A DNA stretch of 63,378 nt, filler included, from Octopus bimaculoides (GCF_001194135.2; 5 parts of 4 records of this genome joined end to end with filler, not necessarily neighbours in it), one strand, 5' to 3'. Positions 1 through 12,126 are shown, counted from the first letter of the whole stretch. The notes: generated by a model from the letters alone, not told the origin. Translations and numbers: made by a program.

Positions 1-175
1 CACTAACTACTAGTCTATGTTGTGGGGTACATTCTTCGCCTGGGAAGGTTTTGGCATTTCTAAGCAGCCATCTTTCCCTTTTTCTGGCGAGGATGTAGTC
101 AATTTGACTAGTATGTCTGCCAGAACAGTAGGTGATTAGGTGACTAAGTTATTATTATCATAAAAGCAGTGATGG

Positions 176-481
176 CAGCGAGCTGGATGAAATGCTTAGC
201 GGTATTTCACCCGTTGCTACGTCCTGAGTTCAAATTCCGCTGAGGTCGACTTTGCCTTTCATCCTTTTGGAGTCGATAAAATAAGTACCAGTTAGACACT
301 GGGATTGATGTAATTGACTGGTCCCCTCCCCCAAAATTGCTGCCCTTGTGGCAAAATTTGAAACCATTATTATTAAGGCAGTGAGCTGGGGCTGATAAAA
401 TAAATACCAGTTGGGTACTGGGATCAATGTAAGTAACTTAGTCCCACTCCCAAATTGCTGGCCTTGTGCCAAAATTTGAAA
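176..481 (+). mobile_element. tRNA-derived SINE, family A, degenerate copy with duplicated tail
   Basis: Shares gagctgg...aaatgcttagcggtatttc...gagttcaaattccgc(t)gaggtcgactttgcctttcatcc...gtcgataaaataagtaccagtt with copies at 32468, 51727 and 57007; B-box-like GAGTTCAAATTCC. Boundaries approximate. Confidence 0.8.
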
Positions 482-523
482 TTATTATCATTATTGTTGT
501 TGTTATTATTATTATTGTTATTG

Positions 524-563
<40 letters not shown>

Positions 564-578
564 CATCATCATCAATAA
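481..578. repeat. (ATT)n/(ATC)n microsatellite
   Basis: Direct reading; explains the poly-I and poly-L pseudo-ORFs here. Confidence 0.95.
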
Positions 579-689
579 TATTAATACGCTTAGTTTTGTT
601 TGTTTTTGTACGTACCTGTGGTGTGTGTCACACCTACTTCAAAGGAAGAAATGAGTTGCAAAGCCAGGGAGAGGCGGACAGGGAAGAAG

Positions 690-2000
690 TGAGAGAGAGA
701 GAGGGGGAGGAGAAAGAGACAGAGTGAGAGAGAAAGAGAGAGTGAAAGATATAGTGAGTGGTGATGGTGTTCGTTTTGTTTTTTAAATGTTTCAGAGAGG
801 AAGTAAGAGAGAAAGAGAGAGAAGGTGAGAGAGAGAGGGTAAGAGAGAAAGAGAGCGAGTGAGAGAGGAAGTGAGAGAGAGTGAGAGAGAGAGAAAGGGA
901 GAGAGTGAGAGAGAAAGAGAGAGAGTGAGAGAGAAGGAGAGAGGGTGAGAGAGAAAGAGAGAGAATGAGAGAGAATGAGAGAGAAAGAGAGAGTGAAAGA
1001 TATAGTGAGTGGTGATGGTGTTCGTTTTGTGTTTTTTAAATGTTTCAGAGAGGAAGTAAGAGAGAAAGAGAGAGAGGGTGAGAGAGGAAGAGAGAGAGTG
1101 AGAGAGAAAGAGAGAGAGACTGAGATAGAAAGAGAGAGGGTGAGAGAGAGTGAGAGAGAAAGAGAGAGNNNNNNNNNNNNNNNNNNNNNNNNNNNNNNNN
1201 NNNNNNNNNNNNNNNNNNNNNNNNNNNNNNNNNNNNNNNNNNNNNNNNNNNNNNNNNNNNNNNNNNNNNNNNNNNNNNNNNNNNNNNNNNNNNNNNNNNN
1301 NNNNNNNNNNNNNNNNNNNNNNNNNNNNNNNNNNNNNNNNNNNNNNNNNNNNNNNNNNNNNNNNNNNNNNNNNNNNNNNNNNNNNNNNNNNNNNNNNNNN
1401 NNNNNNNNNNNNNNNNNNNNNNNNNNNNNNNNNNNNNNNNNNNNNNNNNNNNNNNNNNNNNNNNNNNNNNNNNNNNNNNTGAGTGGTGATGGTGTTCGTT
1501 TTGTGTTTTTTAAATGTTTCAGAGAGGAAGTAAGAGAGAAAGAGAGAGAAGGTGAGAGAGAGAGGGTAAGAGAGAAAGAGAGCGAGTGAGAGAGGAAGTG
1601 AGAGAGAGGGTGAGAGAGAGAGAGGGTAAGAGAGGAAGAGAGAGAGTGAGAGAGTGAGAGAGAAAGGGAGAGAGAAAGAGAGAGAGTGAGAGAGAAAGAG
1701 AGAAAGGGAGAGAGTGAGAGAGAAAGAGAGAGAGTGAGAGAGAAAGAGAGAGAGTGAGAGAGAAAGAGAGAGAGTGAGAGAGAAAGAGAGAGAGCAAAAG
1801 AGACAGTGGGTGGTGACGGTGTTCGTTTTGTGTTTTTAAATATTTCAGAGAGGAAGAAAGAGAGAAAGAGAGTGAGAGAGAAAAAGAGAGAGAAAGAGTG
1901 AGAGAGAAAGAGAGAGAGTGAAAGAGTGAGAGAGAAAGAGAGAGAGTGAAAGAGACAGTGAGTGGTGATGGTGTTCATTTTGTGGTTTTAAATGTTTATC
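690..2000. repeat. Compound GA-rich minisatellite with a recurring ~50-bp non-GA core
   Basis: Core agtgagtggtgatggtgttcgttttgtgttttttaaatgtttcagagaggaag recurs near 753, 1004, 1480, 1805 and 1957, separated by (GA)n-type spacers; gap 1169-1479. Confidence 0.9.
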
Positions 2001-2159
2001 ACATTGCAAGAAGAGCAGATAGCTAGATGCACACACACATTGTTAAATTAAAGGTGGGAGAGAGGAAGGACACAGAGGAAGTGAAAGAGAAAGAAAATGA
2101 GAGAGACAGTAGATATGTAAATCGAAAGAAAAGTTGATACATAGATACATAGGCACAGC

Positions 2160-2350
2160 AAATATTGGCTGTCACTCTCACTTTTTCATTACCACACAAG
2201 GATAAAATTAACTTGCAAGTGGCTGAGTACTCCACAGGCATGCATATCATTAATGTAGTCCTTTAACGTGAGATCCAGCCTCACACAGAATATGACGAGG
2301 CTGGCATCTTTGAATTACAACTCATTTTGGCCATCTGAGTGGACTGGAGC
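2160..2350 (-). mobile_element. SINE family C, degenerate fragment
   Basis: Reverse complement of the family C body (aaattaacttgcaagtggctgagtactccacag...); compare 30105-30478. Confidence 0.65.
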
Positions 2351-2674
2351 AAGATAAACCTTCAAATGGTTGGAAGAAAACGGAAAAAGATCCTATGTAG
2401 GGGCAGGAAAATTTTTTTAGTCATTAGGGTCATCAGTATGGGTGTTAATCCAGTCCTAAGAGCAGCATTTGTGGGTCTCACAGATCTGGAGGCCAAGCCC
2501 CCAGATAAACACCAATACATAGGCTGTTGTTATCAAACTGAGCATGAGTCAAGGGCGAATACACGACGGAATAGCAATTATTTCATCTTAGCTTTCACTG
2601 CTTATACTAAACACCTGACATTTTTGTCTTACAATATGGAACATTTTGTTTCCTTTTACTCTTTTTAAAAAAAT

Positions 2675-2995
2675 GGCACTCCATCAGTTACAACGACGAG
2701 GTTCCTGTTTACCTGAGCAATGGAACAGTCTGTTCATAAAATTAATGCACAAGTAGCTGAGTACTCCACAGACATGCATACCATAAGGTAGTTCTCAAGG
2801 AGATTCAGCCTCACACAGAATGTCACGAGGCTGGCTCATTTGGATTACAGCTACAACTCATTTTTGCCAGCTGAGTGAACTGCAGCAAGGTGAAGTAGAG
2901 TACCTTGCTCAGAAACACAGTGTGCTGCAGGGAATTGTACTCATGACTTTACAATCGTAGGCCGAATACCCCTAACCACTGAGCCACGCACCTTC
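2675..2995 (-). mobile_element. SINE family C-related degenerate copy
   Basis: tggcactccatcagttacaacgacgaggttcc...ctgagtactccacagac...ccctaaccactgagccacgcaccttcac is the reverse complement of the family C tail, body and a tRNA-like head. Confidence 0.7.
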
Positions 2996-3514
2996 ACTCT
3001 CTTAACCATAGAGAAAAGGAGTGAAGTGATAGAAACAGAGAAAGGAAAGCCTCAATCATTTACAATGACAATTAGACTGAAATACAATCGATTTTTTCTA
3101 GCTTCTTTACTTTTAACAATGAAGAAGAAGGGAAGGCATTTAGTAATGAATAGAAAGTCTTTCATGTGTTTACATTTTTATTCTGGGAGTTCAAGAATGA
3201 TCAAGTGTTAGTTCTCTCTTCTTTCCCCTACACCCAATACTTATTCGCCTTCTTTCATAGTTCTTTGTGTCTTTTAGTTGGCAGGGAAAGACCATGCTTT
3301 TTTTATCAGGCACGTTTAACGTTTTCTCCACAAACTACAAACAAGCCCCCACTCCCTTCCTTTCTTTTTTTTATACAAAAACTAATGCAAATTTCAAATG
3401 GGGGATAGCTGTGATAGGAGCCCAGAAAATTGGGTAATACCCCCAACAAAATGGATAGGGGAGAAAAGTTGCCAACACAAAATTCAACTCTATATTTTAA
3501 AGAATGTCTTCCAC

Positions 3515-3790
3515 TATAGCCTTAGAATGACCAAAGCCTCATGAGTGAATTTGGTAGAGGGAAACTGAAAGAAGCCCATCATATATGTATATGTATATAT
3601 ATTTTTTTTTATGTGTGTGTTTGTGTCTGTGTTTGTCCCCCCACCACCATTGTTTGACAACCGAGGTTGGTGTGTTTGCATCCCTGTAACTTAACTATTT
3701 GGCAGAAGAGACTGATAGAATAAGCACCAGGATTACAGGGAATAAGTCCAGGGGTCAATTTCTTCAACTAAAGGGCGGTGCTTTACGTAT
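3515..3790 (+). mobile_element. SINE family B, 5'-truncated degenerate copy
   Basis: ccactatagcc...gaccaaagcc...ggaaactgaaagaagccc...gtttgtcccccc...gatagaataag...ggggtc...ctaaagggcggtgct matches 44994-45371. Confidence 0.75.
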
Positions 3791-3869
3791 TCTTTACGTA
3801 TTCTTTACATTTTGATCTTGTGGGACAGACATATCTATTAACAGACAAGTTCTTCTGTTGTAGTCCTTG

Positions 3870-4290
3870 ATCACAATGTCTGGTCGATTGGAGTCAATTT
3901 TTCTGTCCGTTTGTACTGGGAAGTTCCTTTGCCATTCCCTACATCCTCTGAATGGTGCCTGTACCACTTACCATGGGATTTAATTTTGCAGTATTTACAA
4001 GCATTCCAGTGGATGTACTGCCCTAGTCTGTCATGTCTTATGAGGTACTCCTTTTCAGTGAGGACTGGACAACCAGAAACATGATCAATTGTCGCTGTGA
4101 ATTTTCTACAAATTCTGCACGAGGGGTTAGATCCATCTTTCAGAACATTTGCATGGTAGCTTCTTGTAGGTAAGTTCTGATCTTGCACTGCCATAACAAA
4201 ACCTGTTTCCCCTTTCAGACCTGTCCCTTGTAGCCATTGGTGTGTTGGGATTTTGATCAATATCTTGCTTGGACAGTTGTCTTCAATATT
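3870..4290 (-). mobile_element. Non-LTR retrotransposon of RLE type (R4/Dong-like), C-terminal zinc-knuckle fragment
   Basis: ORF 3871-4452 encodes QWLQGTGLKGETGFVMAVQDQNLPTRSYHANVLKDGSNPSCRICRKFTATIDHVSGCPVLTEKEYLIRHDRLGQYIHWNACK, the CCHC knuckle region of RLE-clade LINEs. Confidence 0.85.
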
Positions 4291-4339
4291 ATTCATGCAA
4301 GCCTTCTTCTTATTATTATTCTCATTCTTCTTATTATTA

Positions 4340-6290
4340 TTTTTATTATCATTATTATTATTATGCATAGAAATGCTAAAAAAAAAGAAATCCAAACCAA
4401 AATTCCAGAATATTATCAAAAACCTCTCACAAACTAGAAGCATACAACTCAATCAACAACTTAAGTGGAAAGTTAAGAGACAGAGAGAAATAGAATGTTT
4501 AAGAGGAAAACTCTCAATTGTTGAAAAGACAAGAAAGAGAAGAAAGGGAAAAAAATATAAAATTACTAGCAAAGATGCTCTCTATACCAAATATAGAAGA
4601 AGTCAAAAAATTCTGGAAGGACATTTGGAGCAAATCAAAGGAATACAACATGGAAGCATTTTGGATCAAAAGAGAATATGAAGGAATGAAAGATGTTAGA
4701 ACAATAGGATTGGATACAAGTAGGAACACCAGAACTGAAGCAGGTCCTCAGTAAAGCACACAAATGGAAAACATCATTTTTCAAGGTCACTTCTTTACCC
4801 TATTCTTGTTCTGTATTGCACTCTTCCCCTTTTTAAATGAGCTAAACAACATAATGTATGGATTTAAAGTTAGCAATAAACACAATACTTTGATCAACCA
4901 TCTTTTTCTATGAAATATTTAAAGTTGTATGCTTGAAACAAAACAAGAATTAGAAGGATTTTTAACAACAGTAAAGCAGTTCAATAATGATATCAGTATG
5001 GATTTTGGTCTTGATAAATGCACAAAAGTAACTTTTAAAAGGGGAAAATTGACAATGATATCAACTTGAACAAGATACAACTTATAAAAGAAGTAGATCC
5101 AGAAGAAATTTATAAATATTTTGGCATTAATAAGAGTGATAGTATTCAGCATGCACAAATGAAGGTGGAGACTTGAGAAAAGAGTACAACAGAAGAGTTA
5201 GGCTGATCCTGAATACTGAATTAAATTCCAAGAACTATGTAAAATTTATTAACAGCTTAGCAGTGCCTGTTGTACAATACGGTTTTAATGTCATCGACTG
5301 GAACTTAGCTGACACAAAAGCAAGAAAACTGCCAATAAAATGCACCATCCAAAGGCAAATACAAGCCACCTCTACCTACCAAGAAAAGAAAGTAGAACTC
5401 TCATATAAAATTGTTACAATTGGTCTGCAGAAGTACTTAAGCAAGACCAATGATTGGATGATGATATTAGTGAGAAAACATGAAACCCAGAAGAAACTAA
5501 GAAATATAGAGCAGAGCTACATATTGCAGAAATTTAAAACATTAACAAGACTGATCTAATACCAACAAAGGCAGTGAAAATACATAGAGTGAAAGCAAAA
5601 GTAGAACTTGAAACATTAATAGATGGCAGTAGAAATCTTTCCATGACCAATACCCACAAAGAACCCAGGAAACTGATATAGATCAATGGCTGCAGAGTTC
5701 AGGGTTGAAGGCAGAAAACAGAGGGATTCATTCTTGCTGCCAAGGACCAGAGTCTATACACAAAAAATTATCAAGCTAACATCCTCAAAAATAGAGCAAA
5801 ACCCAAGTTCAAAGCCTGTGATACCCATGGTGAAACAATTGATTATATAGCATCTCTATAGGTAACCCTGGCTTTATTTGATTATAAAGTTAAACATGAG
5901 ACAGAGTTGGCCAATACATTCAATGAACTTTGCAAAAGTCTTGGTGCAAAATATGCAAGAAGTCGGTATGGATACCAACTTAAATCAGTAGTTGAAAGTA
6001 TCAATAACACCATCTTACAATACATACTGATTGCACAACTAATATTAACAACCCAGATATTATTGTTCAAGACACCAAAAATAATACCATCTCAAAAACT
6101 GTACCTGCCAAGGAATATGGTAAACTTGCCAAATATAAAGGTTTAGAAATTGAAATAAGCACGATGTGGCATCTGAAGACAAAAAAATACCAGTTGTAAA
6201 TAGCTTCCCTGAAAAAAAAACCCTGGTAAACCTAGCATGTATAAAATCCAGAAAATAGAGCAAAACGATAACGCTCACACTACATAAATT
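4340..6290 (+). mobile_element. RLE-type (R4/Dong-like) LINE: decayed RT, zinc knuckle and endonuclease end
   Basis: Fragmented frames: EEVKKFWKDIWSK; IFQG...FCIALFP.LNELN; RKEYNRRVRLILNTELNSKNYVKFINSLAVPVVQYGFNVIDWN; a knuckle region; and a 3' RLE-like region. Many stops and frameshifts. Confidence 0.85.
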
Positions 6291-6377
6291 CTTGTTCTTA
6301 TAACCTATATTCTGAAAAAATGTTTTTTTCTTTTCTGTCATTACTTGAGCCAAGAATGAAAACCCAACAGCCACTGG

Positions 6378-6770
6378 CATGAAGGTGTGGTAAGAAGTTT
6401 GCTTCCCAGCCACATGATTCCAGGTTCAGTCCCACTACATGGCATCTTGGGCAAATGCCATCTACTATAGCCTTGGGCTATAGTAGACGATATTTGCCCA
6501 AGTGCCTTGTGAAGGGATTTAGTAGAGAGAAACTGAAAGAAGTTCATCATTTGTATGTGTGTGTGTTTGCCTTTTGACATCACTTGATAAATGGTGTTGG
6601 TGTATTTACATCCTCATGACTGAGCAGTTTGGCAAAAGAGGCAACTAGAATAAGTACTAGACTTAAAACAGAAAAATAAGTACTGAGGTCGATTTGGTGA
6701 ACTAAAATTCTTTAAGGTGGTGCCCAAGTATAGCCATAGTATAATGACTGAAACAAGTAAAAAAAAAGTA
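6378..6770 (+). mobile_element. SINE family B, near full length
   Basis: gtgtggtaagaagtttgcttcccagccacatgattccaggttcagtcccact...ttgggcaaatg...ctgaaacaagtaaaa; Pol III A/B-box-like head. Confidence 0.8.
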
Positions 6771-6924
6771 CTGGAGACTATGTTGGCATTATACTACAAT
6801 GCCTACTAAGATCACATATCTTAGCTCTGACTACCTACCTTCTTGTTTTTGTTGCTGTTTGTTATTCATCAGGTCAATATCGAAAGAAAATAACAACAAT
6901 GACAACAATAATAATAATAATAAT

Positions 6925-7075
6925 CCTTTCTACAATAGACACAAGACCTGAAATATTTTTAGGGGAGAGGGATAGTTGATTACATCGACCCCAGTGCTCA
7001 ACTGGTACTTATTTTATCAACTCTGAAAGGCTGAAAAGCAGAATCAACCTCGAGGAAATTCAAACTCATACACAC
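6925..7075 (-). mobile_element. SINE family A fragment
   Basis: catcgaccccagtgctcaactggtacttattttatc...aacctcgaggaaattcaaactc is the reverse complement of the family A core. Confidence 0.7.
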
Positions 7076-7099
7076 AAGAGATGTTCAACATAACTCCTC

Positions 7100-8330
7100 A
7101 AGTCAAGTCATGCCTGGGTACTAAGTGTGTGGTTGCAGTGCATGCATCTCAGGCAGGCTAGCTGAGTGTACTACCATACTTGTAGAGTTTATCCTGAACT
7201 GGTAGTGCCCCCAACCACTCAGTATCGCAGCCAAGCCAGGGATTTCTGAAGATCATCCTTGGATCTTAGCCCAAAAGAGCCTTGATTTGGTCTTTGCTTG
7301 ACCCTGGATTGCTTCTCAGTCAAAGAGACAAGTTGTCGAAAGGTCTGTTCACCTTCAAGGAATTGCTGGAGATTGTATAGCTTCTGTACATGTTTGCATA
7401 TGTTGTCTCAGTTCTTTTCCACTTAGAGATCTGGACCAAACCAGGTCTCGAGTAATTTAACTGGTCCCACAATGCTGTTGGACAGCATGGACCTACCTCT
7501 TCATGTACCGAGCTGCCAGCCCACTGACTTTTCTTGGTTGCTTCTGCCTCTTTTCACAACTTCATAGTTCTTTAGAGTAGTGCTGATCACCTCTATGTCT
7601 GCTGTTTGTATATGTGGTCTTAGTTCATGCAGGATACACCTCACCATCTCTAGTTTCCACAGTAGTTGCTCAAAAGTCAGTTCATACAGAAGAGACAAGA
7701 GGAGACAACCTCTACTGACCAAGCACGTAATGTTGAATGGTTAAGATAGGTGGCCATTCACATAACCAATGAGTAGATTTCACTGTACATTGCAGTGATT
7801 CAAATACCATGTTTTGGTGGTCAATCCTATTGAAAGCTTTCAATTAATCTAAATTTATCAGAACCCCACTCATACCAGGCTCTTTGCCCAAACACTCTGT
7901 GGTGTATTGTATGAGATGGAGAATGTTCTGGATATGTCTGTTTGGGATGGCAAAAATTTGCAAATCACCAATCAGACCAGCAATAACATGCACAAAGTAA
8001 AGACCATAGGGCAGATCATCCAAATCAGGTGACAAACCTGCCCATTGTGCAGTCAACCATCATTTTCCACATTTCTGCAGCTGTTGGTTTTTCATGAAAA
8101 GCTGTCGAGACAGATACTGAAATCCATCTTGCATTCCAGCCTGCCACATGTCCCATACAATCAAGCAAATTGCTCTCACAAGCTGAACACACCTGCTTCT
8201 GGTCAAGTAGCATATGCTCATCATTGTCTGCTAAAGACCAAATTGGGCCATTATTGTCATGTTAAATGGTTTTTGTCCAGTCATCTAAGATCACATATCT
8301 TAGCTCTGACTGCCTACCTTCATGTTTCAT
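7100..8330 (-). mobile_element. L1/Tx1-clade LINE ORF2 remnant, internally deleted
   Basis: Minus strand reads SPDLDDLPYGLY (cf. SPGLDGLPYELY), then FAIPNRHIQNILHLIQY...GVLINLD*LKAFNRIDHQ (cf. LDQxKAFDRVDH of L1/Tx1 RT), then a C.FC..E.T.EQLLW zinc-knuckle-like remnant near 7650-7720. The 3' boundary is uncertain. Confidence 0.7.
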
Positions 8331-8399
8331 GTTAAAGAATTGATTGTAAGCATGTTTTTGTGATGTCTTTCCTAAGTGCATCTTCTAAGATTTTAACTA

Positions 8400-9190
8400 A
8401 TTCTCTTTCATTTCTATTTTCCCCTATCACATCTTTATAATACCTTATTGATTCTACTCTAATCACCCTTTCCAGGTTACAAATTTCTCATAACCCTTCC
8501 TACATGCTACTCTGGAAATGCCATGAATATTATATTACTATGACATCTAATTTCTCCCTCTACCAGAGTCAATGCCACAAACCAGACATATTTGGTACCA
8601 TCCATTGAAAAGTATTACTCACATGCTCTCTTTCAACACAAGCATCTCATGAAGATAGAATCTCACACATTCTCTCAGTGACATCTGGTCACATGATATT
8701 GGTCTCAATAATTTTCACAGTGCTCTTCCATGTTTCACTGGCATTGAGAACTATTGGTAGAACTATGATGTTATGGAACCAGATCTTTGTGTGTAGGCAA
8801 ATGGTGTTGGAGAACTAGGCAGTGCACATCCTCTGGAATACAGCCACAACTTCACCAATTCCATTGCTGACACCAATTTCAATATTACCAATGCTACTGA
8901 TGATATTACCTAGATAGGTGAATCTATCCACTGTCAAAATATTTTGATGATTGATCTTTATGATTGCTGTTGTGATTGATCCTTCATGATGGGTTGGGTT
9001 ATCAACAGATGAAAGTTACATTTAACAGAGTCTGGGCTTTTTGTTCTTTATGGGTTGTTACTGCTGTTTATTATTATTATAAACATTATTATTATTTTCC
9101 CCAACAAATTTACTACCATGCCAGAAATCATTATTATTAAAATATGGAACAATCAACATAACAGAGTGTTGAATAAGTGCAAGAATCTGA
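8400..9190 (-). mobile_element. RTE-clade LINE RT C-terminal remnant, old
   Basis: Minus strand reads NILTVDRFTYLGNIISSIGNIEIGVSNGIGEVVAVFQRM...LHTKIWFHNIIVLPIVLNASETW, matching the RTE FxYLG...R...A..AF..L...K...Y...VLP.LLY..ETW pattern. Confidence 0.7.
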
Positions 9191-9198
9191 GAGGGAAT

Positions 9199-10665
9199 AT
9201 CATCATCATCATCATTTAACGCCCATTGTCCATGCTGGCATGGGTTGGATGGTGTGACCAGAGCTGGCAAGCTGGGGAACTGCACCAGACTCCAGTTTGA
9301 TTTGGCACAGTTTCTATGGCTGGATGCTCTTCGCAACACCAACCATTTTATAGAGTATGCTGGGTGCTTTTACGTGGTACGACATGGGCACTTTTGTGGC
9401 ACAGTACAGGTACTTTTATGTGGCACAACACAGGTACTTTTTCATGACACCGCACGGGTGCTTTTACATGGCATCACACAGGCACTTTTACTTCACTCCA
9501 CATGGGCGCTTTTATGTGGTGCAACATGAGCACTTTAATGTGACACCACCACAAGTGCTTTACACTGCCAGAAGGATTGGTCTTAATACTTCTGCTGCAG
9601 AGTACAAGTCTTCTTAGGTATGGCAAGGTGCCAGACATCTCAGTCCTTTGTCATTTCACCTGAAAGGTTCAGCATCCTAAGGTTGTTCTTCAATACTTCA
9701 TCCCATGTCTCCCTGAGTCTCCCACTTCCACATGCTCCATCCGCTTTGAGAGATCGGCACTTTTTTATGGAGATGTCGGCTATCTGCATCGCATGACCAA
9801 ACCAGTGCAGTCTTCTCTCTTGCACACAGCAATCAATTCCTCTTATGCCTAACTTCTCTCTCAGAACACTAGCATTTTGTCAAATATGAACACTTACATT
9901 ACACATCCTCTGCATTTAGGGCCCACATGTCACAACCATGTAGAATTGCTGTCTGTATACATGCATCATACTATCTTCTTTTCACTCAGAGAGAGAAAGC
10001 TTCCGTGGTCGACAGAAGTAACAGCTCTCTGAATTTCCTCCATCCTATTCTTATTCTAGCTATCACACTCTCCGTGCATCCTCTCCCACTGCTATTTCAG
10101 TCCCCTAACTAGAAGAAATCATCTACTATCTCTAATGAGCCACCAAGGCATTTGAGAGAATTAATTTCCTGAGTCACTCAAATTTTTATGGATCCTGTGC
10201 ATCTTCCACATACAAAAATTATCTTCTCTGATAATCTTCCAATTAACCCACTGCACCTCTTGTGTGTCCATAGCTTACACTGGGTACACCATATGGAGAT
10301 CCAGCCAACACCTTTCCTACAAATCAAACAGGGCCACCTACTTGAGTGGGGCAGAGTCCTGTCAGTTTTCTTGCTAAGTTAACCTTTAGATTCCCAGTTT
10401 TGCTTCCACACCTGGAATTTTTCATCTAGCTCTAATATGAAATCTGCTAAGAGCATAAGATCATTAGCATATAGTAGATCCCAGGGGTTACTGGTCTTGA
10501 ATTCCTCTGTTATGATCTGGAGGACAATGATGAAAAGGAGGGAAATAAGGATTAAACCTTGATGAACCCCTACTTGTACATCAAATTCTTCGTTGCACTC
10601 AGGGTTAACTCTCACCTTACTGACAGTATCTTTGTACATGGCCTGTGCAGCTTTCACCAGCTTGA
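9199..10665 (-). mobile_element. RTE-clade LINE, 3' part with UTR and (GAT)n tail
   Basis: ORF 10379-10657 (SKVRVN...EEFDVQVGVHQG...LLFIIVLQIITEEFKTSNPWDLLYANDL, degenerate YADD) and ORF 9640-9825 (QERRLHWFGHAMQ...KKCRSL...GRLRETWDEV); trinucleotide tail at 9199-9215. Confidence 0.9.
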
Positions 10666-11021
10666 ATAAAATTATAATTAACTGATCCTACTGTATTTTC
10701 TTTTACCCAAAGCCAGGAACTTTTCAGCGCTCCCTTGTACACAGTCCAGCCCAAGCAACTATACCCTAATATTTACAAAGTTGTGGCCCATGTCAGAGAT
10801 CATTATTATTGTTATCATAATAATTCCCCAGCCTTAAATTTATCTTTTCTCATATAAAAGAATTTCTCAGATTAAAATCAAATATACTATTGAGAAATAT
10901 TTTCTGTTACCAAAGACAATGCAAATATCTATTCATTAACTTCATTCATCATTCTTACAAAATTTTAGTTGCAAATTAACATTTGAATTTCAAAGTGTAT
11001 TTTATATCAAGTTTTACTCAC

Positions 11022-11090
11022 ATAACTCAGAATTCCTAATAGTGTTCCAACATTACGTACAAGTTTGGATTGAAACCGAAGTTCCAAATA
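11022..11090 (-). CDS. SLC5A8-like: SLC5 sodium:solute symporter (SMCT/SMVT/NIS subgroup), internal exon
   Basis: Acceptor ttttaaattttacAG; 69 nt, phase 0/0; encodes YLELRFQSKLVRNVGTLLGILSY (family YLELRF motif); donor GTgagt. Splices in frame to the upstream exon across a 377-bp GT-AG intron. Orthology within SLC5A5/6/8/12 is not resolved. Confidence 0.9.
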
Positions 11091-11467
11091 CTGTAAAATT
11101 TAAAATGAAACAAATATTTTTTAAATAATGTAAACAGACGAATTTTTTGAAAAATCAATTGTACAATATTTGGGAAGACTAAAATATAGCAGTTAGAAAT
11201 AATCTTTTACACTGTCACACATGTTAAGTTTAAAACAAAAGAGAATATTTTAATCAGATCTTTGTTATTTTATTTTGTTCACTGTGAACAGCTTTGATGA
11301 CAGAGACGAAACAAAACAGCTTTAAAAATAGAAATATATCTCTTCTGGAGAACTACTACATTCAAACTGCTTTCAAAATATATTGTTATAGTTAAAAATA
11401 ATTATAAATAACTGTAAAAAATTATTTTGTAAGACAAATATTTAATTATAAAGCAGTTGATACTTAC

Positions 11468-11659
11468 TTCAAAAACACTGGTAATTTGAAGTCTGTGGAA
11501 GAACGGTGCATAAAGAAATGCTGAAATCAACTGAGACAAGGAAAATCCTATCATTGAAATTGCATAGGAAAATCCATGTGTGTAAACTTCAGCTGGCATT
11601 CCTAACATCATGATAGATGACTCAAAAGAAACCATTAGAGATATGGCCAAAGGTAGAAC
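11468..11659 (-). CDS. SLC5A8-like: SLC5 sodium:solute symporter, internal exon (second coding exon expected)
   Basis: Acceptor aactttgtAG; 192 nt, phase 0/0; encodes VLPLAISLMVSFESSIMMLGMPAEVYTHGFSYAISMIGFSLSQLISAFLYAPFFHRLQITSVFE (cf. PVALSLLASFMSAITILGTPAEVY...LTSAYE); donor GTaagt. The first exon and the downstream exons were not found in the window. Confidence 0.92.
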
Positions 11660-12126
11660 CTACAAAGTTATGTTTAAATATTCAATACAAATAAGAATAA
11701 AATATTTTTTTTAATATTGTTATCAGCATATTTAAAGAAATCTTTTAACTACAAGTGGATTAAAAAAACATTTTATATAAATATGCATATATATGTGTGT
11801 GTATACATATAAAATTAATGCATAATATATGGATTTAAATAATACAGCGGTACTCACAAAAAAAGCTCCTTTAGTGAATCAGGCTACAGACTGCATCGTA
11901 AGCCAATACAAAGGTGTGTAATGTATAGTCCAATGCAATTAAAATCCAGTTATTAATAATTATTACATTAGGAGTATATAAAATATACAGAAAGAGAGGA
12001 CATATTAGATGAATATATTCACTTCACCAGTTGATATCCAAATGATTACGATCAAATAGATATCAACTGATGAAATAAATAAATTCATCTCATACCTTTT
12101 CTCTTTCTTTACATCTTATATATATA

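Noticed and set aside
740-2000. CRISPR-like repeat-spacer appearance of the GA array (also considered for 38785-38897)
   Set aside because: Spacers are low-complexity, variable-length GA runs or absent; no cas genes; eukaryotic context.
8020-8060. WAGLSPDL read as a Tc1 WPxxSPDL transposase motif
   Set aside because: The downstream frame gives LINLD*LKAFNRIDH, an L1/Tx1 RT motif, so it is better explained as the LINE SPGxDGLP motif.
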